From the NCBI RefSeq assembly GCF_004010195.1, contig NC_057752.1, positions 271,241-317,144 on the forward strand: a DNA stretch of 45,904 nucleotides, written 5' to 3'. The number at the start of each line of letters is the position of its first letter. The stretch's first letter is position 1. Below the pieces are notes generated by a model. That model made no database searches. It worked only from the letters and a program-made list of their open reading frames with translations, and was not told the DNA's origin. Position numbers and translations under genes: made by a program. This document shows, piece by piece, positions 23,400 to 37,105 of this stretch. This DNA is from Chiloscyllium plagiosum (taxonomy: Eukaryota).

Positions 23400-26300
23400 T
23401 TATTGAGAACACTGATCTAACATTTTGGGGAAAAGGAGACAAATCTGCAAGTATTAATAAAGGAGAAAAGTCCCAGATGGGAATGGGAGTTATGTACAGG
23501 CCTCCGAGCAGTCGTCAGGATGTGGGGAAGAAAATAAATCAGGAGATAGAAAAGGCATGTAAGGCACTATTACATTAATCATGGGGGATTTCAATATGTA
23601 GGTGGTCTGGGAAAATCAGATTGGTAGTGGACCCCAAGAAAAGGAATTTCTGGAATGTCTACGAGACTTTTTTTGGAGCAGCTTGTGGTAGAGCCCACTA
23701 AGAAACAGGGAGAAAGTGAGGACTGCAGATGCCGGAGATCGGAATCGAGAGAGTATGGTGCTGGAAAAGCACAGCAGGTCAGGCAGTATCTGAGGAGCAG
23801 GAGGATCAACATTTGGGCATAAACCCTTCATCAAGAATGAGGCTTGTGGGCTGGGGTTGGGGGTGGGGGGTAGCTGAGAGATAAGTTGGGGGGAAGGGAG
23901 CTGAGAATGCGATAGGTAGACGAAGTTTGGGCAGACGGTGATAGGGTGGAGCGAATAGATGGGAAAGGTGATGGACAGGTCAAGAGGGCAGTGCTGAGTT
24001 GGCGGCTTGGGACTGGGATAATGTAGGGAAAGAGGAAATGAGGAAACTGGTGAAGTCCACATTGATCCTGTGTGGTTGCAAGGTTCCAAGGCGGAATATG
24101 AAGTGTTCTTCCTCCAGGCATCGGGTGGTAAGGATTTGGTGATGGAGGAGGCCCAGGGCCTGCGTGTCCTTGGCAGAGTGGGAGGGGGAATTGAAGTGTT
24201 CAGCCACAGGGCTGTGAGGTTGGTTAGTGTGGATGTCCCAGAGATGTTCTGTGAAACAGTCCGTGGGTTGGCGTCCTGTCTCCCTGATGTAGAGGAGACT
24301 ACATTGGATGCAACGGATACAGTAGATCACCTTCCACCCCACCAACCTCCATATACATCACATCATCCTCCGCCACTACCGCCACCTACAAACGGACCCC
24401 ACCACCAGATATATATTTCCATCCCCACTCCTATCAGTGTTCCGGAGAGACCATTCACTCCGCAACTCCCTTATCCAATCCACGCCCACGCCCCCACCAG
24501 CCCACACCCCATACCCAGCACCTTCGCCTGGTACCAGCAGGAAGTCCAAAACATGTGCCCACACCTCATCCCTCATCTCTATCCAAGGCCCCAAAGGATC
24601 CTTCCACATCCGACAGAAATTTACTTGTACCTCCACCAATGTCATCTACTGTATCCGTTACACCTGATGTGGTCTCTTGGCCTGTCCAAGTCCTTCTGCA
24701 GTCTCCGCACTTCCTCAATACAATCCATCTCTCTACCTATCTTTGTGTCACTTGCAACTTTGATGAAGATGCCCTCATTCTTTCACCTAGATTGTTAATG
24801 TATAATGTGAATAGTTATGGCCCCAGCACTGGCCCCTGCGGAACTCTACAAGTCACCAGCTGCCATCCTGAAAAAGACACATTTATGTCCCCCTCTGCCT
24901 TTTGCCAGTCAGCCAATCCTCTATCCATGCCACTACTTTACCCTAATACCATGGGCACTTATCTTATTCTGCAGCCTCCCATATGGCACCTTGTCAAAGG
25001 CCTTCTGGAATCCCAATAGATCACGTCCACTGGCTCTCCTTTATCTCACTTGCTTATTTCCTCCTCAAATAATTCAAATAGAATTGTCAGACATGATCAT
25101 TCCTTGATTAAGCCATGCTGATTCAGCCCTATTTTACCATTTACTTTGTATTTCACAATCTCATCCTTAATAATGGATTCTAAATTCCTACCAATAACAG
25201 AGGTAAGGCTAACCAGCCTACAATTTCCTGTCTTCTGCTTCCCTCTCTTGTTAAACAGGGGTTATACATTAGCCATTTTCCAGTCCTCTGGTACCCTCCC
25301 TTACTCCAGTGATTCCTGACAAATCACCATAAATGCCTCCACAATCTCTTCAGCTGGCTCCTTCAGAACTCTGGGATATCATCCATCTGGTCTGGGTGAT
25401 TTATCCACCTTCAGACCTTTCGGCTTCCCCAGCACCTCTTTAGTGATGGCCACTCCACCAATTTCTGCCTCCTGACCCTCTTGAAGTTCTGGTATGCTAC
25501 TGGTGTCTTCCACTGTGAAAATGAATGCAAAGTATCTATTCAGTTTCTCTGCCATTTCTTTGTTCCTTATTACTATTTCTCCATCCTCATTTTCCAGTGG
25601 TCCAATGTCCACTCTTGCCTCTTTCTTATCTTTTACATACCTTTTAAAAACTCCTACAATCTTCTTTTATAATACTAGCTAGCTTAACCTCACATTTTCA
25701 TCTTCTCCCTCCTTATTGCTTTTTAATTGTCCTCTGCTGGTTTTTAAAGATTTCACAATCCTCTGGCTTCACACTAATCTTCACCACGTCATTTGTTTTT
25801 TTCTTTTGCTTTTATGCTGTTCCTGACTTCCCTTGTCAGCCATGTCCTTCCTTCGCCTCCCGTTAGTAGGTTTCTTCTTCCTTGGGGTGAGTTTCTACTG
25901 TACCTCCCAAATTATCCCCAGAAATGCATGCCATTGCTGCTCCACTGTCTTCCCTCCTGGGCTCCTTCATAATCAACTCTAGCCAGCTCCTCCCCCATGC
26001 CTTTACTCAATTATAATACGAATATATCTGATTCCAGCTTCTGCCTCTCAAACTGCAGCATGAATTCTACCATATTTTATGGTCACTGCCCACAAAGGGT
26101 TCCTTCACCTTAAACTCCTTAATCCAGTCTGCCTCATTGCACATCACTAAATCCAGAATTGCCTGTTTCTTAGTGGGGAGAGTGTGGTGCTGGAAAAGCA
26201 CAGCAGGTCAGTAGTGATTAGTTTTGGGTTCCATATCTGACGAACGATATACTGGCATTGGAGGGAATCCAGAGGAGATTTATGAAAATGATCCTGGGGA

Positions 26301-26717
26301 TGAAGGCCATGTCATATGAGGAGTGGTTGAGGGCTCTGCATCTTTACTTGATATGGTTTAGAAGGATGGGGGAATGGGATCTGATTGAATACAGAAACTA
26401 TGTTTCCACTAGTAGGAGAGACTGGGACCCAAGGGCACAGCCTCAGATTGAAGGGACACCTTTTTAGAACTGAGATGAGGAAGAATTTCTTCATTCAAAG
26501 GGTGTTGAATCTATGCAACTAATTGCCAGAGAGGGCTGTGAAGGCCAAGTCATTGAGTGCATTTAAGACAGCTAGATAGGTCCAAGATTAAGAGGATCAA
26601 GGGTTATGGGGAGAAGGCAGGAGAATGGGATTGAGAAATATATCAGTCATGATTGAATGGTGGAGCAGATTTGATGGGCCCAATGGCCTAATTCTGCTGC
26701 TATATTTTATGGTCTTA
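23400..26717. mobile_element. Rearranged CR1: 23400-23709 (+), inverted middle 24675-26177 (-), 3' end 26220-26717 (+)
   Basis: Pieces are consecutive parts of ORF2 by comparison with the uninterrupted relative at 32036-34370. The 16-mer cccactaagaaacagg is at 23694-23709 and inverted at 26162-26177. Confidence 0.85.
23710..24675 (-). mobile_element. Penelope-like element 3' part: terminal repeat plus GIY-YIG endonuclease (minus), followed by an inverted PLE piece at about 24330-24675 (plus)
   Basis: Minus ORF VIYCIRCIQCSLLYIRETGR...VAEHFNSPSHS...FIFRLGTLQP. Plus ORF FRRDHSLRNSL...FTCTSTNVIYCIR. Confidence 0.9.
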
Positions 26718-28547
26718 ATAATTTGGAACTCACTTCTAATCAGGATGATATGAGTGGAGGCATTGAATGATTTCAAAAGGAAAGTGGATAAGCGCTTAAA
26801 GCAAATAAACTTGCAGGACTACAGGGACAGAGCAGGGGAATGGGTTTGACTGGATTGTTCCACAGAGAGAGCCAAATGGTCTCCCCCTGTGCTGTAAATG
26901 ACACTGCAACGTTGTGTGGCTTATGTCAAAATCTAAATCAATTGCACCCTTGCCTTGGGATGTTTTAACTTTGGTAATGACACTGTATAAATGCAGGTTG
27001 TCATAGAGAATATGGACACAATTCTGCTATCCATTTTAAAGTCATACCTTTTAGTTCTGATTTTATCAATATACAGTTTGCTTTTTGAGTGAGTTTCAAT
27101 CTTGCCCCAATCAACATCTAGTTATTCTTCCAATATAAATTGCTGTGTCAAAGTTGACAATGGAATGTTACCATGAAGGTTGTGGGATGCCGGGGTGATG
27201 CCATTATACAGATTAAGATTAAACATCATGTTGAGTAACTTCCTAAACAAAATATGATGGGTAATTGACCTGAGGACAAATACCCATCACGATGGTGTCA
27301 TGCTGTCTTGCATGCTGCGTGCACTCACCGTAATGGATAGCTGCCAGTATGGGCGAGGACTCAAGTGAACCCATTGTACTCAGAAATGTCGGTTTATTTA
27401 ACACATAAACTGTATTTATATAGGGAACTAACAAGAATATCACTTCCAAGAATATTCTTCAATTAAACATGGTAATGTAAATAATAAATATTAAGATAAC
27501 TCCTTTCTGTTCCCTGGTAATGAAGGGCTATTCTTTCACCCCTCCTTGTTCTGGTTGACCAAGCTTTGATGTCTTGCCCCAGTCTTATCTTATATTGCCA
27601 GGTTCTCACTTTACAATTATTCAGTGCTCAACGCTCAAATGGCAGAGTAGACTTGAGAGGCTGAATGGTCTGCCCAGTTCCAGTCTTATAGACTCTACTG
27701 ATTTGTAATCATGGAGTTTCGTGACTGATACTGACACCTTATTCTAAACTGTTCAAAATTACCCAAGACCTAATGATAAGATCCCCATGTATTTATTTAA
27801 TTTGATCGCTGGCTGCTTTCTGTTACTTCTGTCCTTTCTCCTCTCTGATCTATCAGAGTTCTCACTGTAACTCTCTGATATATCCACATCCCACATTGGA
27901 TTCCAGCCCATAATGTCTTGCCAGCCTGTCTGAACTCAGCATGAATTGACTCTGCTATGTCTCCACTGAGTTCTTTTTGAAGAGCTGTCACTATTACACT
28001 GGCAGCATGGGATGAAGTAAGACAGTGGGACAGTTTGCATTGTTTGCAGTTTGAGAGATGTGCTGTTCTCAATGGGTTAAGTTTCTTTTAGTGTACAGTG
28101 AGACTGATTACATTTACTGCTCCTGAGGGACAATGTTCACTTGTATCTTCTGGCCATGGACTTCCCTCTCAGTTCCCCTGCCACGTAGGCAGTTCTTGCT
28201 TCACTTTGCTGCTGGCCATCTGAAATCAACTGAGCTGTACCTTGACAAAACCAAACAAGCAGAAACACAATGATGCTGACTTGCTGGATGTTGATTAGCT
28301 CACCCAGAATGTCATGTTTTTTTTGGCTTTCAAAACTGCATGATAAAGTATGGAATTTAAACGGTGTCCCGTGTTCAGTGAACTGTACAGTCTGAAATGT
28401 GTTATTATTAGTCAGTGGTTCAGCCACGTTGACGGCAAGCTAAAGGCCTGGCAAGATCTTACTCTGAATATGACCTGTAAAATCCAGATGCACCAGAATT
28501 AGAATTTCCAGCTCTTTCACACTGTGCTGCGGTACTAAAGATGGAAT

Positions 28548-29950
28548 CTTTAGTCATGAAGTTCTTTGAAATGGTCATGGCATTAATCAACCCCAGCCTC
28601 CCCACTACTCTTGACCCACTCCAATTTGCCTATCGGACCAACAGATCCATGTCAGATGCCATATCACTTGCCCTTCACTCCTCCCTAGAATATCTTGACA
28701 CCAAGACAGCTGCGTAAGAATCCTACTCATTGACTACAGTTCAGCCTTCAACACTATTATCCCCTCGAGATTGATTACTAAACTTAGTGATCTCAGACTA
28801 AGCCTCACTCTCTGCAACTGGATCCTCAGTTTCCTGACCCACAGGCCACAATCAGTGAAGATTGGGGATAATATTTCATCCTCACTAACACTCAACACTG
28901 GAGCCCCCCAGGGGTGTGTATAAACCCCCTACTGTACTCTATGTATACCCATGACTGCGTCGCCAAATACCTGACTAATGCCATTTACAAGTTTGCTGAT
29001 GACACCACCATAGTTGGTCGATGGTGATGAAACAGACTACAGACGGGAGGTGGAAGACCTGGAAAAATGGTGCACTAAGAACAACCTAGCTCTCAATGCC
29101 GGCAAAACCAAGGGACCCATTATTGACTTTCGGCAGGATGTTACTCATGCCCCCCCTTCTCCCCCCCCCCACACATTAACAGCACAGAGTGGAACCAGTG
29201 GGGAGTGTCAAGCTCCTGGGAGTGGGTCATCCACAACAAGCTTTCTTGGACTCTTCATGTGGATGCACTGGTTACAAAGGCCCAACAACATCTTCTTCCT
29301 CAGGCAGCTGAGGAAATTTGGCATGACGGCGAATACTCTTACCAACTTTTATAGTTGTGCCATCGAGAGCATTCTGTCTGGATGTATCACTGCCCAGTAT
29401 GGCAGCTGTACCATTCAAGATCGGAGACGGTTACAGAGAGTGGTGAACTCGGCCCGGACAATCACAAGGGCCAACCTCCCATCTATAGAATCCATCTATC
29501 AGGCCCACTGTTAAGGAAAGGCCGCCAGCATTCTCAAAGATCCATCCCACCCTGGCAACGTTTTTCTACAACCTCTACCATCGGGAGAAGGTACAGAAGC
29601 CTGAACACATGCACCAGCCGGTTTCGAAAGTTTCTGCCCTACTGTTGTTAGAATACTGAATGGACTTAGAAACTCTTAAACACTCACCTGTATCTGTGTT
29701 TTGGTTTTTGCCGCTATTTACCTATTATTTACTTATCTATGCTACTTAACTCTGTGATCTGCCTGTACTGCTCGCAAGACAAAGCTTTTCACTGTGCCTC
29801 GGTGACTTAGAAACTCTTAAACACTCACCTGTATTTACCTATTATTTACTTGTCTATGCTACTTAACTCTGTGATCTGCCTGTACTGCTCGCAAGACAAA
29901 GTTTTTCACTGTGCCTTGGTACACGTGACAATAAATTCAATTCAATTTCA
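28548..29950 (+). mobile_element. Rex1/Babar-type non-LTR retrotransposon, 5'-truncated
   Basis: [55 protein letters not shown] and FYSCAIESILSGCIT. Ends aataaattcaattcaattt. Confidence 0.9.
29663..29920 (+). repeat. Tandem duplication in the Rex1 3'UTR (141 bp plus 117 bp)
   Basis: Both units start gacttagaaactcttaaacactcacctgtat (29663, 29804). The second unit has an internal deletion of about 24 bp. Confidence 0.9.
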
Positions 29951-30059
29951 ATCTAGGCTTCAGGACATGGTTTGTTCTGAGTCAGCTGATCTCAGCTGGG
30001 GCTTCAGCATTAGCTTCAATATTTCTGACCTAGAAAGAGATGAAAACAAAAATTCTCCT

Positions 30060-30224
30060 GGGTTTAATGTCTCATCCAATAGACAGCATTCCTGACACTG
30101 TTGTACTCCTTCAGTATTGCACTGAGAATGGCAGCCTAGATTATGTGCTCAAGTCCTGGTTTGGGATCATAACCCGCACCTTCTGACATATAGACAAGAG
30201 TGCTGCCCACTGAGCAACAGCTGA
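30060..30224 (-). mobile_element. Deu-domain-type SINE 5' part
   Basis: The minus strand reads tcagctgttgctcagtgggcagcactcttg...gacttgagcacataatctaggctg, matching 42350-42372. Confidence 0.7.
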
Positions 30225-30319
30225 AGAAGTATTTTCTCAAAAAATAATTGTGGCTCAACCTGAATCACATATTTGCTTGTAATAAAGCAAAATATTAAGA
30301 TTTGCGGACTTCACAAGTG

Positions 30320-30560
30320 TAAGGCAGGTTGTGAGAGGGCTACAAACAGTATACAGAGAGATATTGATAAGTTAAGTAAGTAGGCAAAAAGTTGTCAAGA
30401 GGAATATAATGTGGAAAATGTGAAGTTGTGAGTTTTTGGAAGGGAACAAAAGAATGGAATATTATTTAAATGGAGGAAAACTACAGACAGCTGCAACAGA
30501 AAGGGATTGGAGGTACTTGTCCATGAAACCCAGAAAGCTACCACACATGCAGCAGGTAAG
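30320..30560 (+). mobile_element. CR1 RT fragment
   Basis: EYNVENV...MEYYLNGGKLQ motifs. Confidence 0.7.
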
Positions 30561-30564
30561 ACTA

Positions 30565-33500
30565 TATGATCATAAGACAAAGGAGCAGAAATTCGGCCAT
30601 TCAGCCCATCAAGTCTGCTCCACCATTCAATCATGGCAGATAAGTTTCTGAACCCCATTCTCCCTCTAACCGTTGATCCCCTTGATATTCAAGAACCTAT
30701 CTATCTCAGTCTTAAATATACTCAATGACCTGGCCTTCTATGGCAATGACTTTCATCAATTCACCACTCTCCGGCTGAAGAAGTTTCTCCTTAAAGTTTC
30801 TCTGTTTTAAAAGATCTTCCATATACTCTAAGGCTGTGCAATCAGTTTCTCGACTCTCCTACCAATGGAAATATCTCCCCAACATCCACTCTGTCTAGGC
30901 CATTCAGTATTCTGTAAGTTTCAATTGAATCCCCCTCATACAGTCATAGAGATGTACAGCATGGAAACAGACCCTTGGGTCCATCTTGTCCATGCCAACC
31001 AGATATCCCAACCTAATCTAGTCCCATTTGCCAGCACTTGGCCCATATCCCTCTAAAACCTTCCTATTTGTATACTCATCGAGATGCCTTTTAAATGCTG
31101 TAATTGTACCAGCCTCCACCACTTCCTCTGGCAGCATATTCCACACAAGCACTACCCTCTCTGTGAAAAAGTTGCCCCTTGGGTCCCTTTTATATCTTTC
31201 TCCTCTCACCCTAAACCTATGCCCTCTAGTTCTGGACTCTCCCAACCCAGGGAAAAGACCTTGTCTATTTACCCTATCCATGCCCCTCATGATTTTATAA
31301 ACCTCTATCAGGTCACCCTTCAGCCTCTAACACTCCAGGGAAAATGGCCTCACACTATTCAGCCTCTCCCTATAGCTGAAATCCTCCAACCCTGGCAACA
31401 TGCTTGTAAATTCTTTCTGAACCCTTTCACGTCTCACAACATCCTTCCAATAGGAAGGAGACCAGAATTGCACACAATATTCCAACAGTGGCCTAACCAA
31501 TGTCCTGTACAGCCGCAATGTGACCTCCTAACTCCGGTACTCTATACTCTGACCAATAAAGGAAAGCATTCCAAATGCTTTCTTCACTATCCTATCTATC
31601 TGTGACTCTACTTTCAAGGAGCTATGAACCTGCACTCTAAGATCTCTTTGTTCAGTAACACTCCCCAGGATCTTACCATTAAGTGTATAAGTCCTGCTCA
31701 AGATTTGCTTTTCCAAAATGTAGCACCTCGCATTTGACTGAATTAAACTTCATCTGCCACTTGGCCCATTGGCCCATCTGATCAAGATCCAGTTGTAATG
31801 TGAGGTAACTTCTTCGCTGTCCACGACACCTCCAATTTTGGGGTGTCATCTGCAAACTTACTAACTATGTTCACATCCAAATTATTTATATAAATGACAA
31901 AAAGCAGTGGACCCAGCACCAATCCTTGTGGCACTCCACTGGCCACAGGCTTCCAGTCTGAAAAGCAACTTTCCACCACCACCCTCTGTCTTCTACCTTC
32001 GAGCTAGTTCTGTATCCAAATGGCTAAGTTCCCCTAGGATTCCATCCTTCTAAACTCCATTGAGTATGGACCCCAAGTCCTCAAACATTCCGCGCATGTT
32101 AAGCTTTTCATTCCTGCAACCAGTTTTGTGAACTTCCTCTGAATACACTCAAGGGCCAGTACATCCTTCCTGAGATATGGGACCCAAAACTGCGCACAAT
32201 ACTCCAAATGTGGTCTGACCAGAGCTTTATAGAGCTTCAGAAGTACATCCCTGCTTTTATATTCAAGCCCTTTCAAAATAAATGCCATCATTGCATTTGC
32301 ATTCCTAACTACTGACTCAACCTGCAAGTTTACCTTGAGAAGATCCTGGACTAGAACTCCCAAATTTCTTTGCACTTAAGACTTCTGAATTTTCTCCCCA
32401 TTTAGGAAATAGTCCATGCCTCTTTTCTTCCTACCAAAGTGCACGACCTCACACTTTCCCACTCTATACTCCATCTGCCACTCCTTTGCCCACTCTCCTA
32501 ATCTGTCCAAATCTTTCTGCAGCCTCCCTACCTCCTCAATGCTACTTGTACCTCTACCTATCGTTGTATCATCTGCAAACTTAGCCAGCATGCCCTCAGT
32601 TCCTTCATCCAGATCATTAATTTATAAAGTGAAAAGTTGTGGTCCCAACACTGAGCCTTGCAGAACACCATTTGTCACCGGCTGCCATCCCTTTTATCCC
32701 CACTCTCTGCTTTCTGCCGGACAGCCAAGCTTCTATCCATGCTAGCAACTTGCTTCTGACACCATGGGCTCTTATCTTACCCAGTAGCCTCCTGTGCAGC
32801 ACCTTGTCAAAGGCCTTCTTAAAGTCTGGGTAGATAACGTGCATTGGCTCTCCTTGGTTTAACCTGCTTGTTACTTCATCAAAGAATTCTAGCAGATTTG
32901 TCAGGCATGACCTCCCCTTGATGAAACCATGCTGACTTTGCCCTATTTTACCATACGCTTCCAAGCATTCAGAAATCTCATCCTTCACAATGGATTCCAG
33001 AATCTTACCCGTGACTGAGGTTAGGCTAATTGGTCTGTAGTTTTCCATCTTTTGCCTTACTCCCTTTTTAAACAGGGATGACATGTTAGCAATTTTCCAG
33101 TCCTCTGGTACCCTCCCTGATTGTAGCGATTCCTGAAAGATCACCACTAACGCCTTCACTATCGCTTCATCTATGTCCCTTAGAACTCTGGGGTGTAGTC
33201 CATCTGATTCAGGAGATTTATCCACCTTCAGGCCATTCAGTATTTCTCGCACCTTCTCCTTGGTGATGGCCACCAAACTCAGCTGTGCCCCCTCACTCCC
33301 TTGAATTTTTTGGGATATTACTCGTGTCTTCCACCATGAAGACTGCCCCAAAGTAATTATTCAGTTCCTCAGCCATTTCCTTGTTCCCCGTTACTATCTC
33401 TCCAGTGTCATTTTCCAGTGGCCCAGTGTCCACTTTTGCTACTGTTTTGCCCTTTATATATCTAAAGAAACTCGTACAGTCTTCCTTTATATTACTGGCT

Positions 33501-35924
33501 CGCTTATCCTCAGATTAATCTTCTCCCTCCTTATTTCTTTTATCGTTGCCCTCTGTTGGTCTTTGTAAGCTTCCCAATCCTCTAGTTTCCCACTGTTCTT
33601 CCCCACATTATATGCTTTCTCTTTTGCTTTTATACTACCCCTGACTTCCCTCGTCAGCCATGGATGGTTGCCTCACCCTCCCTGTACCATGCTTCCTTTT
33701 TCTCGGCATGAATCTCTGTGTCTCCTGAATTACTCCCAGAAACTCCAGCCATTGCTGTTCCACTGTCTTTCCTGCTAGGCTCTCCTCCCAATCAATTCTA
33801 CCCAGCTCCTCCCTCATGCCTCTGTAGTTGCCTTTATTCAGCTATAATCCGGTTACCTCTGATTCTATCTTCTCCCTCTCAAATTGCAGAGTAAATTCAA
33901 TCATATTATGATTACTGCCTCCTAAGGGTTCCTTCACTTTAAGCTTCCTTATCAAGTCTGCCTCATTGCACAACACTAAATCCAGTATTGCCTGTTCCCC
34001 AGTGGGCTCCACCACAAGCTGCTCCAAAAATCCATCCCGTAGACATTCCACAAATTCCTTTTCTTGCAATCCACTACCAACCTGATTTTCCCAGTCCACC
34101 TCCATATTGAAATCCCCCAAGATCACTGTAACTTTGCCTTTCCCACACATCTTTTCTATCTTCTGGTGTATCTTGCGCTCTAGCTCCTGACTACTGTTTG
34201 GAGGTCTGGACATAACTCCAACTATGGCTTTTTTACCTTTAGCTGTTCAATTCTACCCACACAGATTCTATACCAGCTGACCCAACTTAGTTTCTTACTA
34301 TTGATTTAATTTCATTTCTTACGAATAAGGCAACCCCATCCTCTCTGCCCACCTGCCTATCTTTTAGATAGGAAAGTACTTTACACAGAGGGTGGTAGGT
34401 GCCTGGAACACGTTGCCAGTCGAGGTAGTAGAGGCAGGCACGGTAGATTCATTTAAGGTGCGTCTGGACAGATGCATGAGTAGGAGGGGAGCAGAAGGAT
34501 ACAGATGCTTAGGAATTAAGCTATAGGTTTAGACAGTGAATTTGGATCGGCTCAGGCTTGGAGGACCGAAGGGCCTGTTCCTGGGCTGTAAGTATTCTTT
34601 GTTCTTTGTATATCCTTGAATATTCAGCTCACAATCCTGATCCCCTTGCAGCCATATCTCCGTGATTCCCACCATGTCATACATGCCAATTTCAATCTGC
34701 GCCACAAGCTCACTTATCTTATTCGTTAGACTGCGTGCATTCAGATATAATTAACACCTTCAGTCCTGTATTAACAGTCCTTCTTCTCATAGTCATTCGT
34801 TTGTCCACTGTGCTTCAAGTTTGATTGCTAACCCTTTCCATACACTCTGCCCTATTTGTGTCTGTACTGGAGATTGTAATAACCTCTCCTGAGTCTGCAC
34901 TCTTACCTTCTCCTTTAATTCGGATTTTCTAATTTCCCCTCCCCCACCCCTTTCATTTAAAGCCCTGTGTACAGCCCAAGTTATGCAATTTGCTTGGACT
35001 CTAGTCCCAGCACGGTTCAGATGAAGACAATCCCATTGGAACAGATCCCTTCTTCCCCGGTACTAGTGCCAATGTCCCTTTAATTCAAATGCATTTCTCT
35101 GACACCAATCTTTGAGCCACACATTTACCTGCTTAATGTTATTGACCCTGTGCTAATTAGCTCATGGGTCAGGTAGTAATCCAGAGAATATTATCTTTTT
35201 TAGTTCTGCTTTTTAATTTAGCTCCGAGCTATTTGTACTCCCTTGGCAGAACTTCTGCCCTAATTTTAGCTATGTCATTGGTACCTATGTGGACCACAAC
35301 CACTGGATCTTTACCCACCTACTCCAAGTTCCTCCAAGCCCAGGTGAGAAATCCTGAACCTGAGTCCCAGACAGGCAACACAACTTTCAGGACTCTTGAT
35401 CCTGATCACAGAGAACAGTGTCTATGCCTCTAACTATATTATCCCAATTACAACAATATTTCTCTTTTGTCCATCCACTTGAGTGGCTCCCTGCATCACG
35501 GTGTTGTGGTCAGTCAGCTCATTCTCCCTGCAGTCCCCATTCCTATTCACACAGGGAGTAAAACACGTGAACCTGTTGGACAGGGGCAGGAGCAGAACAA
35601 GGACAGGAACTGAGGGTCCTGCAACCCTATCTCCTGGATCCCTCGCCCTGCCTCATTCACATCCACACTGTCCTGTCCCTGACCAGTGGCCGAATTCGAG
35701 TTAGTTAGTCTAAGGGGTGTGACTGTCTCCTGGAACACAGCGTCCAGGTAACTTGCCTCCTCCCTGATGTGTCGCAGTGTTTGAAGCTCAGACTCCAGCT
35801 CATCGACTCTGAGCCAGAGTTCACCCAGCAACCAACATTTACTACAGGCATAGTCACTGGGAACCACAATGGGGTCCACCACCTCCCACATTGTGCAGAA
35901 ACGACACATCATCTGACCCTCCAT
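30565..35924 (-). mobile_element. Near full-length CR1 LINE with two nested CR1 fragments (about 30937-32035 minus; 34372-34607 plus)
   Basis: ORF1 zinc-finger/coiled-coil MCRFCTMWEV...CSKCWLLGELWLRVDELESELQTLRHIRE, APE GDFNM, and RT ENYRPISLTS / SQHGFIKGRSCLTNLLEFF / KFADDT. Frames are disrupted. Confidence 0.95.
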
Positions 35925-35999
35925 CCTTATTTTGTTTAATTAATTTTGAATTTTTAAAAAATGTTTCACATTTTTTTATTCTCTGCTTATTTAATTGAA

Positions 36000-36447
36000 G
36001 GCGGTTCAGTGAAGGTTCAGTAGGAAAATCCCTGGTATGTTTGGACTATCTTATGAGCAAAGGCTAAACTCAGTAGAGTTTAGAAGAATGTGAGGTGATC
36101 ATATTGAGCCACATTGGATTCTTAGAGGGCTTGACAGGGTAAATGCTGTAAGGGTGTTTCACCTCATGGGAGAGTCTAGGACCAGAGGGCACAGTCTCAG
36201 AATAAAGGGGCACCAATTTAAAATAGGGGTGAGGAGGAATTTCTTCTGTCACAGGGTTGAGAGTCTTTGGAACTGCTTGCCATGTGGGGGCAGAGTCCTT
36301 GTATATATTTCAGACTGAGATAGATAGATCCTTTTTCAGTTGGAGAGTGAAGAGAAAGGGTAGGAAAGTGGACGTGAGGAGTGTTGGATCTGCCATGATC
36401 CTATTGAATGACCTACTCCCGTTCCTATTTCTTAAGGTCTTATAGTC
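36000..36447 (+). mobile_element. CR1 3' fragment
   Basis: gagtctaggaccagagggcacagtctcagaat...gaggaggaatttcttc motifs, plus CR1 3'UTR. Confidence 0.8.
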
Positions 36448-36711
36448 TTATTTTTGAAGATTTCTAAATGTCCTTCATACTCAGTTCCCAGTCAGCCGGT
36501 ACCTCTCCCCCCGCCCCCATGTACAGAGTTATAGAAGATGACCATCTTGTCTGTCAGTGAAATTCTCCTCAGCTTCATCAGCCAGAGGACTGTTGATTCA
36601 TTACAGTCAGCAATAAAGTATTCCATCCAGCCACAGAGAGTGAACTGAACTGATACTTCTTTTCTTTATTGCAGGAAACGTTTGGACAGAATGTCACTGC
36701 CAGAAATAAGA

Positions 36712-37105
36712 CATTTTGATTTTAAAATTCTCACTCCTATTTTCAAATCCTCCCATGGCCTCACCCCTCCCCATCTCTGTAACCTTCTCCAGCTCCACAA
36801 CCCTCTGAAATCTCTGTGCTTATCCAATTGGGCCTTTTGCAGGTCCTTTGATTTCCTTTGTTCCCCTATTTGTGGACATACCTTCAGCTGCCTGCGCTGC
36901 AAGCTCTGAGATTCCCTCCCTAAACCTCTTAGACACTGTCTCTTTTCCCCTTTACAACTCTGCTTAAAATTGATCTCTTTGACCATAGCTTTGGTTGTGA
37001 TATCCTCAATTGTGGCTCGGTTTCAAATTCAGTTTGTTAATCACTGCAAAGAAGTATCTCAAGGCATTTTACTATGTTAAAGGTCCTATATAAATGCAGG
37101 TGTTG
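36712..37105 (+). mobile_element. L2-like LINE 3' fragment
   Basis: FDFKILTPIFKSSHGLTPPHLCNLLQ resembles the L2 RT C-terminus. Ends with tatataaatgcag. Confidence 0.7.

Noticed and set aside
24070..24798. 242-aa Pro/His-rich ORF
   Set aside because: It is a chimeric read across antisense PLE, an off-frame PLE piece and antisense CR1.
32617..33351. 244-aa RT ORF as an active or domesticated gene
   Set aside because: It is a fragment of a CR1 ORF2 with frameshifts on both sides and nested insertions.
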